Origin: Thermodesulfobacteriota bacterium
Lineage (GTDB): Bacteria > Desulfobacterota_D > UBA1144 > Nemesobacterales > UBA2774
Assembly: GCA_963422265.1 (NCBI GenBank)
Contig: OY729416.1
Span: 1,056,001-1,120,000, forward strand
Reading direction: 5' to 3'
Length of the DNA: 64,000 nucleotides
Position 1 is the first letter of the stretch. Every line of letters starts with the position of its first letter. The position numbers and the translations under genes are program-made. The notes beneath the pieces were generated by a model. It worked only from the letters and a program-made list of their open reading frames with translations. It did not search any database and was not told the DNA's origin. Below, in pieces: positions 24,670 through 34,395 of the stretch.

Positions 24670-25482
24670 ATGGACTTTTATTGGACCATACCTCTCTGTT
24701 ATTTTATCGCATCGGTTTTATATGGGAGTCAGTTTACATTCAGAAACAAGAGCTTTGCAACTATAGGATTCTATATTGCACTCTCTGGATCTACAATACA
24801 GACCATAAGCCTATTTGCCCTTTACTCAAGGGGAAGCCTCATATTGGGAGGACTCGATAGCACTTTATTTTTATTCGCTTGGCTTATTACACTTGTTTAT
24901 ATCGCTTCTCAGATAAAATTTAACATTCCTACACTAGGAGCTTTTGTCTTCCCGCTTGCTTTTATAATGACGTTGCCGCATATGATCCTCCCTCAAGGGA
25001 TAATTGAGCAGGAACCTTCGCTACATAACCTTAGAATCACAATCCACATAGTGTTGATCCTTTTGGGTGAAGCGTTATTCACAGTAGCATTCATATCAGG
25101 ACTGCTATATATATTTCAGGAACGAAAAATTAGATTGAAGCGCGCCGGAACTTTTATAAGCAAGCTGCCCTCGCTAACGACCCTCGATAAAATAAACCAC
25201 GCATGTTTAATTGCCGGATTTCCATTAGTAACAATAGGTCTCGCATTAGGTATGCTTTTAGCTAAAGAAATATGGGGAGCAGATTGGGAATGGGGGCAAA
25301 AAGAGACATGGTCCATAGTTACCTGGTTTCTATATGCGGTTTTAATCCACGGCAGACTAGCTTCGGACTGGAAGGGACGAAAAGCCGCAGTTGGCGCAAT
25401 GCTCGGTTTTGGCGTTCTTGTCGCTTTATTCGCCATAGGCCTTCTTGCCCCGGGCAAGCACGACTTTTTAGGAGTATATTGA
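24670..25482 (+). CDS. ccsA: Cytochrome c assembly protein, CcsA/HemX family
   Basis: About 8 TM segments; WGADWEWGQKETWS Trp-rich domain; conserved His. Confidence 0.78.
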   Translation: MDFYWTIPLCYFIASVLYGSQFTFRNKSFATIGFYIALSGSTIQTISLFALYSRGSLILGGLDSTLFLFAWLITLVYIASQIKFNIPTLGAFVFPLAFIMTLPHMILPQGIIEQEPSLHNLRITIHIVLILLGEALFTVAFISGLLYIFQERKIRLKRAGTFISKLPSLTTLDKINHACLIAGFPLVTIGLALGMLLAKEIWGADWEWGQKETWSIVTWFLYAVLIHGRLASDWKGRKAAVGAMLGFGVLVALFAIGLLAPGKHDFLGVY

Positions 25483-25569
25483 CCGCTGTCGCATAATATA
25501 TATTGGTAAGAGTCGCTAATATACTGTTATAACTAGATAATTGAGATGTGCAAATGCTAACAATTGTAT

Positions 25570-25597
25570 TTGACAAAACCTTTCTAGAATATATATT
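25570..25597 (+). promoter_or_regulatory. Putative sigma70 promoter for the PHA synthase genes
   Basis: TTGACA-16 nt-TATATT upstream of 25657. Confidence 0.5.
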
Positions 25598-25656
25598 TAT
25601 ATATTAGCGTGTTCATATTAACAAATTAACTTGTCAGTGTCTTAAAGGAAATACCT

Positions 25657-26025
25657 ATGAACGAAAAAGTACGTAGTGATGAGATTGATTACTTCAGTTA
25701 TTTCAAGAAGCTGTATGAAACTTGGGAGGAATCGACCTACAAGATGGTGGACATGTGGTTAAATAGCCCTCTCATGGAAAGGGCGTTGGACAAGTCGTCT
25801 GAATTACATAAATATATTCACGATTTTATGAATCAATCACTAGAAAACTCATATCCAGCCAAAAATGATACAGAAAAGCTTTTTAGTTCTTTGTCGTCGC
25901 TTGAAAAGAAAGTCGCTCGGCTCGAAGAAAAAGTTGAAACCCTTCAATCTCAAAAAAAAATAAAGTCGCCCTCGGAAAAAAGAGCGAGTAATAAACAGTC
26001 CAAAGCTAAGGAGAACAAACAATGA
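25657..26025 (+). CDS. PhaE/PhaR-like small PHA synthase accessory protein (paralog 1)
   Basis: Shares F/YKKxYExWE...W.NSPL...KSSEL with the next gene; C-terminal coiled coil; upstream of phaC. Confidence 0.55.
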   Translation: MNEKVRSDEIDYFSYFKKLYETWEESTYKMVDMWLNSPLMERALDKSSELHKYIHDFMNQSLENSYPAKNDTEKLFSSLSSLEKKVARLEEKVETLQSQKKIKSPSEKRASNKQSKAKENKQ

Positions 26026-26516
26026 GTAAGGAATCTTTCGACTATTCCGAGCAATATAAGGAGTTTTATGAAAAATGGGACAAGACGGTATCTGAAGCTA
26101 TGAAAGTATGGACGTCAAGCCCATTATTCAGCAAAGCGGCTTCAGAAAATAGCGAAGAGTTTGACCCAATGTCGCATTACAAGAAGTTCTATGAAATATG
26201 GGAACAATCCTCTTCCACCCTACTGGAGGAATGGGTCAACAGCCCGCTGTTCGCTGCTAGTATGGGAAGAGCTGTAGAGAAATCTTCGGAGCTAAAAAAG
26301 CACTTTGACGAAGTTGTAGAAAGAACGCTAAAGAACATGCACTTCCCTTCAAAGAGTGATATAGAAAAAGTGCAGGCATGTATCAATAATCTGGAAGCCA
26401 AAATAAATGACCTTTCGGACAAGATAGAGGAGATTGTAGAGGATTATTCAAGCCCCACTTTGCAAAAACAGAGGAAAGCAGTGGGAAGGAAGAATTCTGA
26501 AACAAGTTCAAAATGA
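26022..26516 (+). CDS. PhaE/PhaR-like PHA synthase subunit (paralog 2)
   Basis: LKNMHFPSKSDIEKV...LEAKI C-terminus typical of PhaE/PhaR; adjacent to phaC. Confidence 0.7.
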   Translation: MSKESFDYSEQYKEFYEKWDKTVSEAMKVWTSSPLFSKAASENSEEFDPMSHYKKFYEIWEQSSSTLLEEWVNSPLFAASMGRAVEKSSELKKHFDEVVERTLKNMHFPSKSDIEKVQACINNLEAKINDLSDKIEEIVEDYSSPTLQKQRKAVGRKNSETSSK

Positions 26517-26634
26517 CGAGTAATACAGTCGGGACAGGAGATGAAACGATGTAAGAGCACAAGCGTTCATCCGTTCCTCTGAAGCAAGTGAGTTTTTTAG
26601 ATTTTCATAATGAAAACGAAGGAGGCAGTGGGAA

Positions 26635-27702
26635 ATGTCAATAAACTACTTAGGCATCGCATCGCGAGAAGCCGAAAAATCTAAAGAAAAGTTTAACAAA
26701 GCCATTGAGTTAGCGTTATTAAACCCAAAAGATCCAGAAGTTGGCGTAACCCCGCACGACGTAATATTCACCGAGAACAAGCTGCGACTCCTGCACTACC
26801 GTCCCCTATCCCAAAAAACGAGCAAGGTTCCGCTAGTAATGATCTTCGCGCTTGTCAACCGCCCTTATATTCTCGACCTCAAACCCGGCAGGAGCGTCGT
26901 AGAAGTGCTCCTTCAAAACGGAATAGACGTATATCTGATAGATTGGGGAGTACCGGGAGATGAAGACAAATATCTTGATCTGAACCACTATATTAACCGC
27001 TATATAAGGCAGGTCGTCAAAAAAGTTAAAAAGGACTCAGGCTCTGAGAAGGTAAATCTGCTAGGATACTGCATGGGTGGGACGATGTCGGCAATATACG
27101 CAGCTTTGTATCCAAGAGACGTCCAAAACTTAATTCTCATGACGGCAGGGATTGATTTTAAGGTCAAGGGCACGTTAAACCTCTGGGGAAGCAAAGAAAA
27201 CTTTAACGTTGATAAGTTTGTAGAAGCCTATGGAAACGTGCCTCCAGAATTTTTACAAGCTGGGTTTCTATTTATGAAACCTGTGCAAAACATAATTTCA
27301 AAATATGTAAATTTCTATGAAAACATCGACAACGAAGCATTTATAAGTAATTTCCTTGCCATGGAGAAGTGGTTAAACGACAACGTCCCAGTGCCGGGAG
27401 AGGTTTTCAGGGAATTTGTAAAATATATGTATCAGGAAAACCGCCTAACAGAAAATAAACTCAAGGTGAACGGAAAGCTTGTAGAACTAAAAAAAATTAA
27501 ATGCCCAGTTCTAAATCTCATTGCGCAACACGACCACCTAGTCCCACCAGACTCAAGCCTGAGCTTTGAGGGATTGATATCAAGCAAAGACAAAAAGACC
27601 ATAGTATTCCCAACAGGACACATCGGCATGTCGGTAAGCAGGAAGTCTTTGAAAGGACTATGGCCCGACGTAGCCGAATGGCTGTCTGAAAGATCAAACT
27701 AA
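26635..27702 (+). CDS. phaC: Class III/IV-type polyhydroxyalkanoate synthase PhaC
   Basis: ALVNRPYILDL, IDWG, lipase box GYCMGG, catalytic D (HDHLVP) and H (TGHIG); 355 aa. Confidence 0.93.
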   Translation: MSINYLGIASREAEKSKEKFNKAIELALLNPKDPEVGVTPHDVIFTENKLRLLHYRPLSQKTSKVPLVMIFALVNRPYILDLKPGRSVVEVLLQNGIDVYLIDWGVPGDEDKYLDLNHYINRYIRQVVKKVKKDSGSEKVNLLGYCMGGTMSAIYAALYPRDVQNLILMTAGIDFKVKGTLNLWGSKENFNVDKFVEAYGNVPPEFLQAGFLFMKPVQNIISKYVNFYENIDNEAFISNFLAMEKWLNDNVPVPGEVFREFVKYMYQENRLTENKLKVNGKLVELKKIKCPVLNLIAQHDHLVPPDSSLSFEGLISSKDKKTIVFPTGHIGMSVSRKSLKGLWPDVAEWLSERSN

Positions 27703-27762
27703 CATTATGATACTAATACAAGCTTGCCGGCGGGCACAACGCTAAGCAAAGGCTTTTATAGC

Positions 27763-28518
27763 TTAGATATAATGCCCACCGTTAATTCTTAGGGTAACTC
27801 CCGTAACCCAGCTTGCGGCTGGAGAGCAAAGATAAACAGTAGCAAGCGCGATTTCTTCAGGAGTTCCAAACCTAGCGAGAGCGATTTCTTTCTTTATCTG
27901 CTCTCTAATGTCTTCCGGCACGGTACCCAGCATATCAGTCTCGACAAAGCCAGGAGCTATGCAGTTAACTCTAACCTTGTCCCTGGCAAGCTCTCTTGCC
28001 ATCGTTTTAGTAAAACCGATTATCCCTGCTTTTGTAGACGCGTAATTAGCCTGCCCCACGTTACCCATTTCTCCTATAATAGAGGATATTGAAACAATCA
28101 CGCCACCGTTTCCAGACATCAGATTTATTATTGCCTTCGTGCAGTTAAACACGCTCGAGAGGTTGGTTTGAATAACTTCATTCCATTGCTCAAAGGTCAT
28201 TCTCTTAAGCATTCTATCTCTATTGATACCAGCATTATTAACTAAAATATCCACTTTCCCAAAGTGATTCATTACAGCTTTACCTAAATTCTGAGCCTGA
28301 TGAAAATTCGCAACGTTTGCCCTTACCGTAACGCATTTTCTCCCTAACTTCTCAATTTCTTTTTTTACCTTCTCCGCTTCCTTATCACTCCTTGAATAGT
28401 TGAGTAATACGTCCGCTCCAGCCTCTGCCAAGCCCAAGCATATAGCCTTACCAATTCCTCTTGAACCACCCGTCACTATAGCGACTTTACCAGTTAAATC
28501 ATGCAACTGCTCTAACAT
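27763..28518 (-). CDS. phaB: Acetoacetyl-CoA reductase PhaB / FabG-like SDR
   Basis: TGGSRGIG, NNAGINRD, YASTK; convergent with phaC. Confidence 0.75.
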   Translation of the reverse strand: MLEQLHDLTGKVAIVTGGSRGIGKAICLGLAEAGADVLLNYSRSDKEAEKVKKEIEKLGRKCVTVRANVANFHQAQNLGKAVMNHFGKVDILVNNAGINRDRMLKRMTFEQWNEVIQTNLSSVFNCTKAIINLMSGNGGVIVSISSIIGEMGNVGQANYASTKAGIIGFTKTMARELARDKVRVNCIAPGFVETDMLGTVPEDIREQIKKEIALARFGTPEEIALATVYLCSPAASWVTGVTLRINGGHYI

Positions 28519-28597
28519 AACCTACCTCCTAATTATCGTCTATCATAAGCCCTCATAAACTTCCTATACAACAACACCCTAAAAACCAGTCCTATAG

Positions 28598-28625
28598 ATT
28601 GTATTTTTAATAGTCTTTTTGTCAA
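28598..28625 (-). promoter_or_regulatory. Putative sigma70 promoter for phaB
   Basis: TTGACA-16 nt-TACAAT on the minus strand. Confidence 0.55.
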
Positions 28626-28736
28626 ATTTTTAACCCTAGTTTTTTAGTTTTCAGCTTTTAGAAGGACTCCCATTTCTCTTCCTCCCACGCTATATTACCA
28701 ATCGCGTCGGTAATGACGGGAAGAACAGGTACTTTC

Positions 28737-29522
28737 CTACTCTCCCGTAAAATAGGGCTCTCTTTTCTCTAAGAATGCCTGCAACCCCTCACCCATATCT
28801 TTAGAATCAAGGCATAAGGAAATGAGCGTCCTCTCGAGCAACAATGCCCTTTGTAAATCCATCTCAGAACCAGAGTTAATAGACACTTTCGCCGCACTCA
28901 CTGCAACTGGACCATTCTTCGCAATAGCTCCAGCAAGCTGCCTTGCCGCATCTAATATCTGTTCATGAGGAACGACCTTTTCAATAAGTCCTATATCCAA
29001 GGCTTCCTGAGCACCGATCATGCCTGCAGTAAAAATAAGTTCCTTTGCTTTCCCAAGACCGAGAATTCTTGTAAGCCTTTGCGTCCCACCCCATGCCGGA
29101 AACATGCCTAGCTTTGCCTCTGGGAACCCAAGCTTAGCTTTCTCAGATGCAATTCTAATATCACAGGCAAGGGCAAGCTCACACCCACCACCCAACGCGT
29201 ATCCGTTAATAGACGCTATAGAGGGAGTCTGCACATTCTGAATAAGGTCATAAACTTTATGCCCATATTCTATATACTCTTGAAACTCACTCGCTTTCAT
29301 TTGGCTCATCTGCATAACATCAGCGCCCGCTACGAAGGCTTTGTCCCCTGCTCCCGTAACAATCAAAGCCCTTAGGCTCTCACTAGGTAGAACGTTCTCC
29401 ATAAAATCTCTAAGCTCACGAAGCGTATCCCAGTTAAGCGCATTAAGCGCCCTTGGTCGACTGACAGTTAATATACCTACGCTATTCGCCTCTCTCTCAT
29501 AATTGATAAACTCAAACGCCAT
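28737..29522 (-). CDS. Enoyl-CoA hydratase (crotonase family)
   Basis: AFVAGAD, NGYALGGGCELALACDIR, GGTQRL. Confidence 0.92.
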   Translation of the reverse strand: MAFEFINYEREANSVGILTVSRPRALNALNWDTLRELRDFMENVLPSESLRALIVTGAGDKAFVAGADVMQMSQMKASEFQEYIEYGHKVYDLIQNVQTPSIASINGYALGGGCELALACDIRIASEKAKLGFPEAKLGMFPAWGGTQRLTRILGLGKAKELIFTAGMIGAQEALDIGLIEKVVPHEQILDAARQLAGAIAKNGPVAVSAAKVSINSGSEMDLQRALLLERTLISLCLDSKDMGEGLQAFLEKREPYFTGE

Positions 29523-29600
29523 CTATAACCTCCTTGATAGCAGACTACACCTATGTAAAATATATCATTCAGGCTTATTACCTCTTGTCAATGACTTTAT

Positions 29601-30203
29601 ATGAACTACCTTGCCCATCTTTACTTGGCTGAGAACTCAGAGGGTTCTATGCTGGGAAATCTGCTTGGAGATTTCGTAAAAGGTTATATAGACCACACCT
29701 ATAATAAAGAAATCTCTAAAGGAATCAGGATGCACAGGCGAGTGGACGCATTCACGGATTCCCACGAGAAGTTCCTAGCGAGTAAGAGACTAATCAGTAA
29801 GGAGAGACGAAGGTTCGCCGGAATAATAATAGACATGAGTTTTGATCATTTTCTGGCAAAGAACTGGTCTTCTTACTCAAGCGTCGAGCTATCGGATTTT
29901 ATCAATAAAGCCTATAATCTTTTAATAAAACACGCTAGCATTCTACCAAATAGGCTCAGGCTTTTTATCCCCAGGATGATTGAGGAGGACTGGATAGGTT
30001 CCTATGAACGCCTAGAAGGAATTGGAAAATCACTAGATGGAATATCAAGACGTCTCAAAAAACGATTTGACCGGGACAATTCACTTTTGGGAGCCGTAGA
30101 AGAAGTTGAAGCAAATTATAGGGAGCTCGAATCAAACTTCAAGGTATTCTTCCCCAAATTAGTCTTATACGTTGAGAGATACAGGCAAACTGATATAAAA
30201 TAA
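29601..30203 (+). CDS. acpH: ACP phosphodiesterase
   Basis: MNYLAHLYL, GNLLGDFVKG, HRRVDAFTD, FDHFLA. Confidence 0.9.
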   Translation: MNYLAHLYLAENSEGSMLGNLLGDFVKGYIDHTYNKEISKGIRMHRRVDAFTDSHEKFLASKRLISKERRRFAGIIIDMSFDHFLAKNWSSYSSVELSDFINKAYNLLIKHASILPNRLRLFIPRMIEEDWIGSYERLEGIGKSLDGISRRLKKRFDRDNSLLGAVEEVEANYRELESNFKVFFPKLVLYVERYRQTDIK

Positions 30204-30215
30204 GCGAAGTGAACT

Positions 30216-31088
30216 ATGAACTATAAAGATCAGCACCCTTCAGCAATTTTAATTATTCACAGCCCTGACAAGAAAGGACTTGTAGCAGCGGTAACGGAGT
30301 TTATCTTTAAGAACGGGGGGAATATTCTTTATCTCGACCAACACGTGGACTCTGGACAGAAAGTATTCTTTATGCGCGTAGAGTGGAGCTTGGAGAACTT
30401 CGTTATTTCCAGAGATAAGATAGGGGAGTATTTTAATACCCTGATAGCCGAGAGATTTGATATGAAGTGGAATCTATACTTTTCCGATTACAGTCCAAGG
30501 ATGGCGATTTTCGTGTCTAAGCTCCCCCATTGCCTCAATGATATACTATCACACTGCCAGTCTGGGGAATGGAACGTTGGGATCCCCCTGATTATCAGCA
30601 ATCACGAAGACTTGAAAGAAATCGCAAAAATGCACGGTATTGATTTCCACTTTACGCCAAACGTCAAACAGAATAAAAAGCAAGCCGAAAAGAAACAGCT
30701 TGAGCTTCTTAGGGAATACAATATAGATTTTATAGTCCTCGCCAGATATATGCAGATAGTGAGCGACGAGTTCGTATCCTACTACCCTAATAAAATAATT
30801 AACATACATCATTCCTTCCTTCCTGCCTTTCCGGGCGCAAGACCTTATCATTCCGCTTACGAGCGCGGCGTGAAGATAATAGGAGCTACAAGCCACTATG
30901 TAACGGCTGAGCTTGACGCAGGTCCAATAATAGAACAGAACGTAGTCCGGGTAAGCCATAAGGACAGCGTTGAAGATTTAATCAGAAAGGGAAGATACCT
31001 TGAAAAAGTAGTTCTCTCACAGGCAATATGGCACCATCTGAAAAGACACATCCTCGTATATGGAAACAGGACGTTTATATTCAACTGA
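30216..31088 (+). CDS. purU: Formyltetrahydrofolate deformylase
   Basis: ACT domain; LARYMQ, INIHHSFLPAF, GVKIIGATSHYVT. Confidence 0.96.
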   Translation: MNYKDQHPSAILIIHSPDKKGLVAAVTEFIFKNGGNILYLDQHVDSGQKVFFMRVEWSLENFVISRDKIGEYFNTLIAERFDMKWNLYFSDYSPRMAIFVSKLPHCLNDILSHCQSGEWNVGIPLIISNHEDLKEIAKMHGIDFHFTPNVKQNKKQAEKKQLELLREYNIDFIVLARYMQIVSDEFVSYYPNKIINIHHSFLPAFPGARPYHSAYERGVKIIGATSHYVTAELDAGPIIEQNVVRVSHKDSVEDLIRKGRYLEKVVLSQAIWHHLKRHILVYGNRTFIFN

Positions 31089-31099
31089 TAAAGTGCATG

Positions 31100-32305
31100 C
31101 TAATGCCTTTCTTCAAACGTAACCTTCTTGTCTTTAAGCGCTTCAACCGCCTTTTGAAGCCCGCCAATGGTAAGTGGAAACATCTTATTCCGCATAAATT
31201 CCCTAACCATGCCGATAGACTCCGTGAATCGCCATTCCTCAACGGGCGTCGGGTTTAGCCATACCATATCGGGGTATTTTTGCTTTATACGATTGAGCCA
31301 AGAAAATCCCGGTTCGTCGTTATTATGCTCAACGCTTCCATTCTGGTAGAGAAGCTCATAAGGAGACATGGATGCGTCCCCAACTAGTATAACTTTGTAA
31401 TCGCTGTTGTAAGTATTGAGGACTTCAAACGTCGGCGTTGCTTCCTGCCACCTCCTCTCATTATTCTTCCACACCGACTCGTAAACGCAGTTATGAAAAT
31501 AAAAATACTCCAAATGCTTAAACTCGTATTTCGCAGCCGAGAATAAGCGAGAGCAAAGTTCTATATGATCATCCATCGAACCACCGATATCCAAAAACAA
31601 GAGCACCTTTATGTTATTCTTTTTGGATGCCACCATTTCGAGTTCAAGGAGTCCGGCGTTCTTGCACGTCTTCTCAACTGTCTTATCTAGATTAAGCTCT
31701 TCTTTAACCCCTTCTCTCGTCAGTATGCGAAGTTTCCTGAGAGCCATCTTCATGTTTCTGGTCTGAAGTTCAACGCCATCATCCAAGTCCCTAAACTCGC
31801 GTTTGTCCCAAACTTTGATCGCCCTCCTATTTCTGTTGCCATCCTGTCCTATTCTTATACCTTCGGGGTTATAGCCATAGGCACCGAATGGTGACGTCCC
31901 ACCGGTGCCTATCCATCTATTCCCGCCCTGGTGTCTTTCCTTCTGCTTTTCCATAAGGTCTCTCAACCTTTCAAGGAGTTTGTCAAGACCACCCATAGAC
32001 TTAATCATTTCTTTCTCTTCATCGGTAAGGGCGTTGACAAAGCTCTTTCTGAGCCATTCCTCAGGAATTTTCATAAATTCCTCTGTATCAATTTTCTCAA
32101 TACCATTAAAAAAGTAGCCAAACAAAAGGTCAAACCTGTCAAAGTGGTGCTCGTGTTTAATTAAAGAGAACCGGCTGAGGTAATAGAAATCATTGGTGCT
32201 GTATTGGACTACGTCCCTGTCAAGAGCCTCAAGAAAAGTCAGATACTCTTTAATGGTGACCGGTATTCCATCGCTTTTAAGAAGGAGGAAGAAATCTAGG
32301 AACAT
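31100..32305 (-). CDS. VWA-domain CoxE-like protein (MoxR partner)
   Basis: MIDAS-like DIGGSMD; WIGTGGTSPFG; GDASMSPYE. Confidence 0.88.
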   Translation of the reverse strand: MFLDFFLLLKSDGIPVTIKEYLTFLEALDRDVVQYSTNDFYYLSRFSLIKHEHHFDRFDLLFGYFFNGIEKIDTEEFMKIPEEWLRKSFVNALTDEEKEMIKSMGGLDKLLERLRDLMEKQKERHQGGNRWIGTGGTSPFGAYGYNPEGIRIGQDGNRNRRAIKVWDKREFRDLDDGVELQTRNMKMALRKLRILTREGVKEELNLDKTVEKTCKNAGLLELEMVASKKNNIKVLLFLDIGGSMDDHIELCSRLFSAAKYEFKHLEYFYFHNCVYESVWKNNERRWQEATPTFEVLNTYNSDYKVILVGDASMSPYELLYQNGSVEHNNDEPGFSWLNRIKQKYPDMVWLNPTPVEEWRFTESIGMVREFMRNKMFPLTIGGLQKAVEALKDKKVTFEERH

Positions 32306-32408
32306 TTATCTGATAGTATAACCAAAAACGAGATAAGACACGCATCGGACTGGGAAGGTAAAGTAAAATAATGGAGACTGCATCTTTTGATATTTCTTTA
32401 GAAGCTGG

Positions 32409-32764
32409 TCATTTACCGCAGAGTTCCTTTACCTGATTAGAAGTTAGGATTAAAAAAGTATTATCATCGCGATAACGGAGGAGTGTAATTTCGTCTTTTT
32501 CTACTCGCTGGTCAGGATAATACCGAGAAAATCAACCTTTTAGTTTGCCCGGTTAGCCGAGACAAACATATCCATCCTTATTAGCACCTTTAATAAATGA
32601 TAACTTATACTCTTTGCCATTCAAATCTATAAGAGATATTCATCATGGACTTTAGGAAAATCACCTTGCTGCTTTATTATGATTTCTCTTCTTGACCAAC
32701 GATCTTTATCGTCGTTAGATAATGTGCGAATTCTACCTTTTAAGATCATATTTACTTCTCCCAT
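32409..32764 (-). pseudogene. Degraded hypothetical gene
   Basis: Protein-like reading (MGEVNMILKGRIR...; IDLNGKEYKLSFIKG...) broken by a frameshift and in-frame stops. Confidence 0.35.
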
Positions 32765-32790
32765 CTTTATGATTTGTTTCCTCGTATTAG

Positions 32791-33115
32791 TCACCTCGTA
32801 TCACGCCTACAATAAAACACCCTGCCAAATTCCCTTATATACTCAAAAAGTGGCTTATACCGAATAGAGTTATGCGCTATGACGTCAAACTTGTAGGGAA
32901 GGGGCAATTCATCAAGAGCCGTGTCAATTCTTTCTATATGCAGATCGTCTTCAATTCTATACACCTCTATACACCGCGAAATCGACGTCGGAGTTATTTT
33001 TAAATTTGCCGTTTGCGCGAGAGCCGAAGATAACCACCCTCTCAATGCGATTGTCAACCGAGAAAACTCCGTTGATAAGATCGCACCCTCTCTTATTAAG
33101 CCCAATTCCCATCAT
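32791..33115 (-). pseudogene. MNT-type nucleotidyltransferase antitoxin, frameshifted by a 10-bp tandem duplication
   Basis: IFGSRANG...SDVDFAV motif; TCTATACACC duplicated at 32956-32975; C-terminal LDELPLPYKFDV in another frame. Confidence 0.82.
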
Positions 33116-33524
33116 TACTTTTCACCTTCAGATGAGAGCTTTCTGTGCAGAGAGGCAAAGGCGCCCTTGTAGCGTTCTTCGAGAACCACAAGGATCTTTT
33201 TGAATTTCTTGAAATCGTAGGTGCGAGAAAGCATGTTGCAACGATCTATCATGTCAATCCACACCTGCCCATCGTCTATAAGACCAGATTTATACGCTTC
33301 CTTGACAACGTTGCGGGGCGTTGAAGGTTTGACGGTCATATCACCATCTTCAAGGTAATCTTTAATAGCTTTCCACGCCCCGGCAAGCCCACACGTGTAC
33401 TGAAAGCGCTGTATAAGCCCCTCTTGCTATAACGCAGAGTATTCCTCAAGCCTTTTTTCTTCAATTGCGGAGCGCGAAGAAGTCCAAAAGTCATATCAAA
33501 CTTACTAAACCGTTGTTTCCCCAT
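33115..33524 (-). pseudogene. HEPN / nucleotidyltransferase substrate-binding protein (HI0074-like), frameshifted
   Basis: EGLIQRFQYT...AWKAIKDYLE...TPRNVVKEAY...WIDM split across frames; Rx4H site reads CNMLSR. Confidence 0.75.
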
Positions 33525-33548
33525 CTGATCTCCCCAACCTCACTCACC

Positions 33549-34385
33549 CTATCGTGCCCTCCGGTATCGTAAAACCTTCAACAACCCGTGATCCTGCTCA
33601 TTCTTGAGCAACGCGCCAGCGAATGGTGGAAGTTTCTCGGAAAGGTCAATAGAGCCTAGTTCGGATTCCGTAATTTTCCCTACTATAATTAGTTTCAACC
33701 AGTCTATTAACTCGCTTGTAGAAGGCTTCTTTTTGAGTCCGTCTATATCTCTTAGTTCATAAAACATATTCATCGCCCTGTCGAGCAGTCTGTCCTCCAG
33801 CTCAGGATAGTGCACTTTGACTATGGACTTAAGAGTCTCTCTGTCTGGAAAGGCTATGTAATGGAAAAAACATCGCCTCAAAAACGCGTCAGGCAACTCC
33901 TTCTCATTATTGGACGTAATTATAACAAGCGGGCGCTCCTTTGCCTTGACAGTTTTCTGAAGCTCGTAACAATAAAACTCCATCTTATCAAGCTCTAAAA
34001 GAAGGTCGTTAGGAAACTCTATGTCAGCCTTGTCTATCTCGTCAATTAACAAAACAACCTGCTTTTTAGACTCAAAAGCCTCCCATAACTTTCCCCTATT
34101 TATATAATTTGAAATATCGCTCACCCTCTCGTCTCCAAGTTGTGAATCGCGGAGTCTCGAGACGGCGTCATATTCATAAAGTCCCTGCTGAGCAATGGTC
34201 GTGGACTTTATATGCCACGTAATAATCTCCTTGCCGAGGGCGTTCGCAACCTCAAACGCCAGCATCGTCTTACCCGTTCCGGGCTCGCCTTTTATTAGGA
34301 GCGGGCGCTCAAGCGTAATAGAAGCGTTTACGGCAAGATTCAGATCCCTTGTAGAAATATAGCTCTCTGTTCCTTCAAATTTCAT
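33549..34385 (-). CDS. MoxR-family AAA+ ATPase
   Basis: GEPGTGKT, LLIDEIDKAD, ELPDAFLRRC. Confidence 0.92.
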   Translation of the reverse strand: MKFEGTESYISTRDLNLAVNASITLERPLLIKGEPGTGKTMLAFEVANALGKEIITWHIKSTTIAQQGLYEYDAVSRLRDSQLGDERVSDISNYINRGKLWEAFESKKQVVLLIDEIDKADIEFPNDLLLELDKMEFYCYELQKTVKAKERPLVIITSNNEKELPDAFLRRCFFHYIAFPDRETLKSIVKVHYPELEDRLLDRAMNMFYELRDIDGLKKKPSTSELIDWLKLIIVGKITESELGSIDLSEKLPPFAGALLKNEQDHGLLKVLRYRRAR

Positions 34386-34395
34386 TGAATAAACC

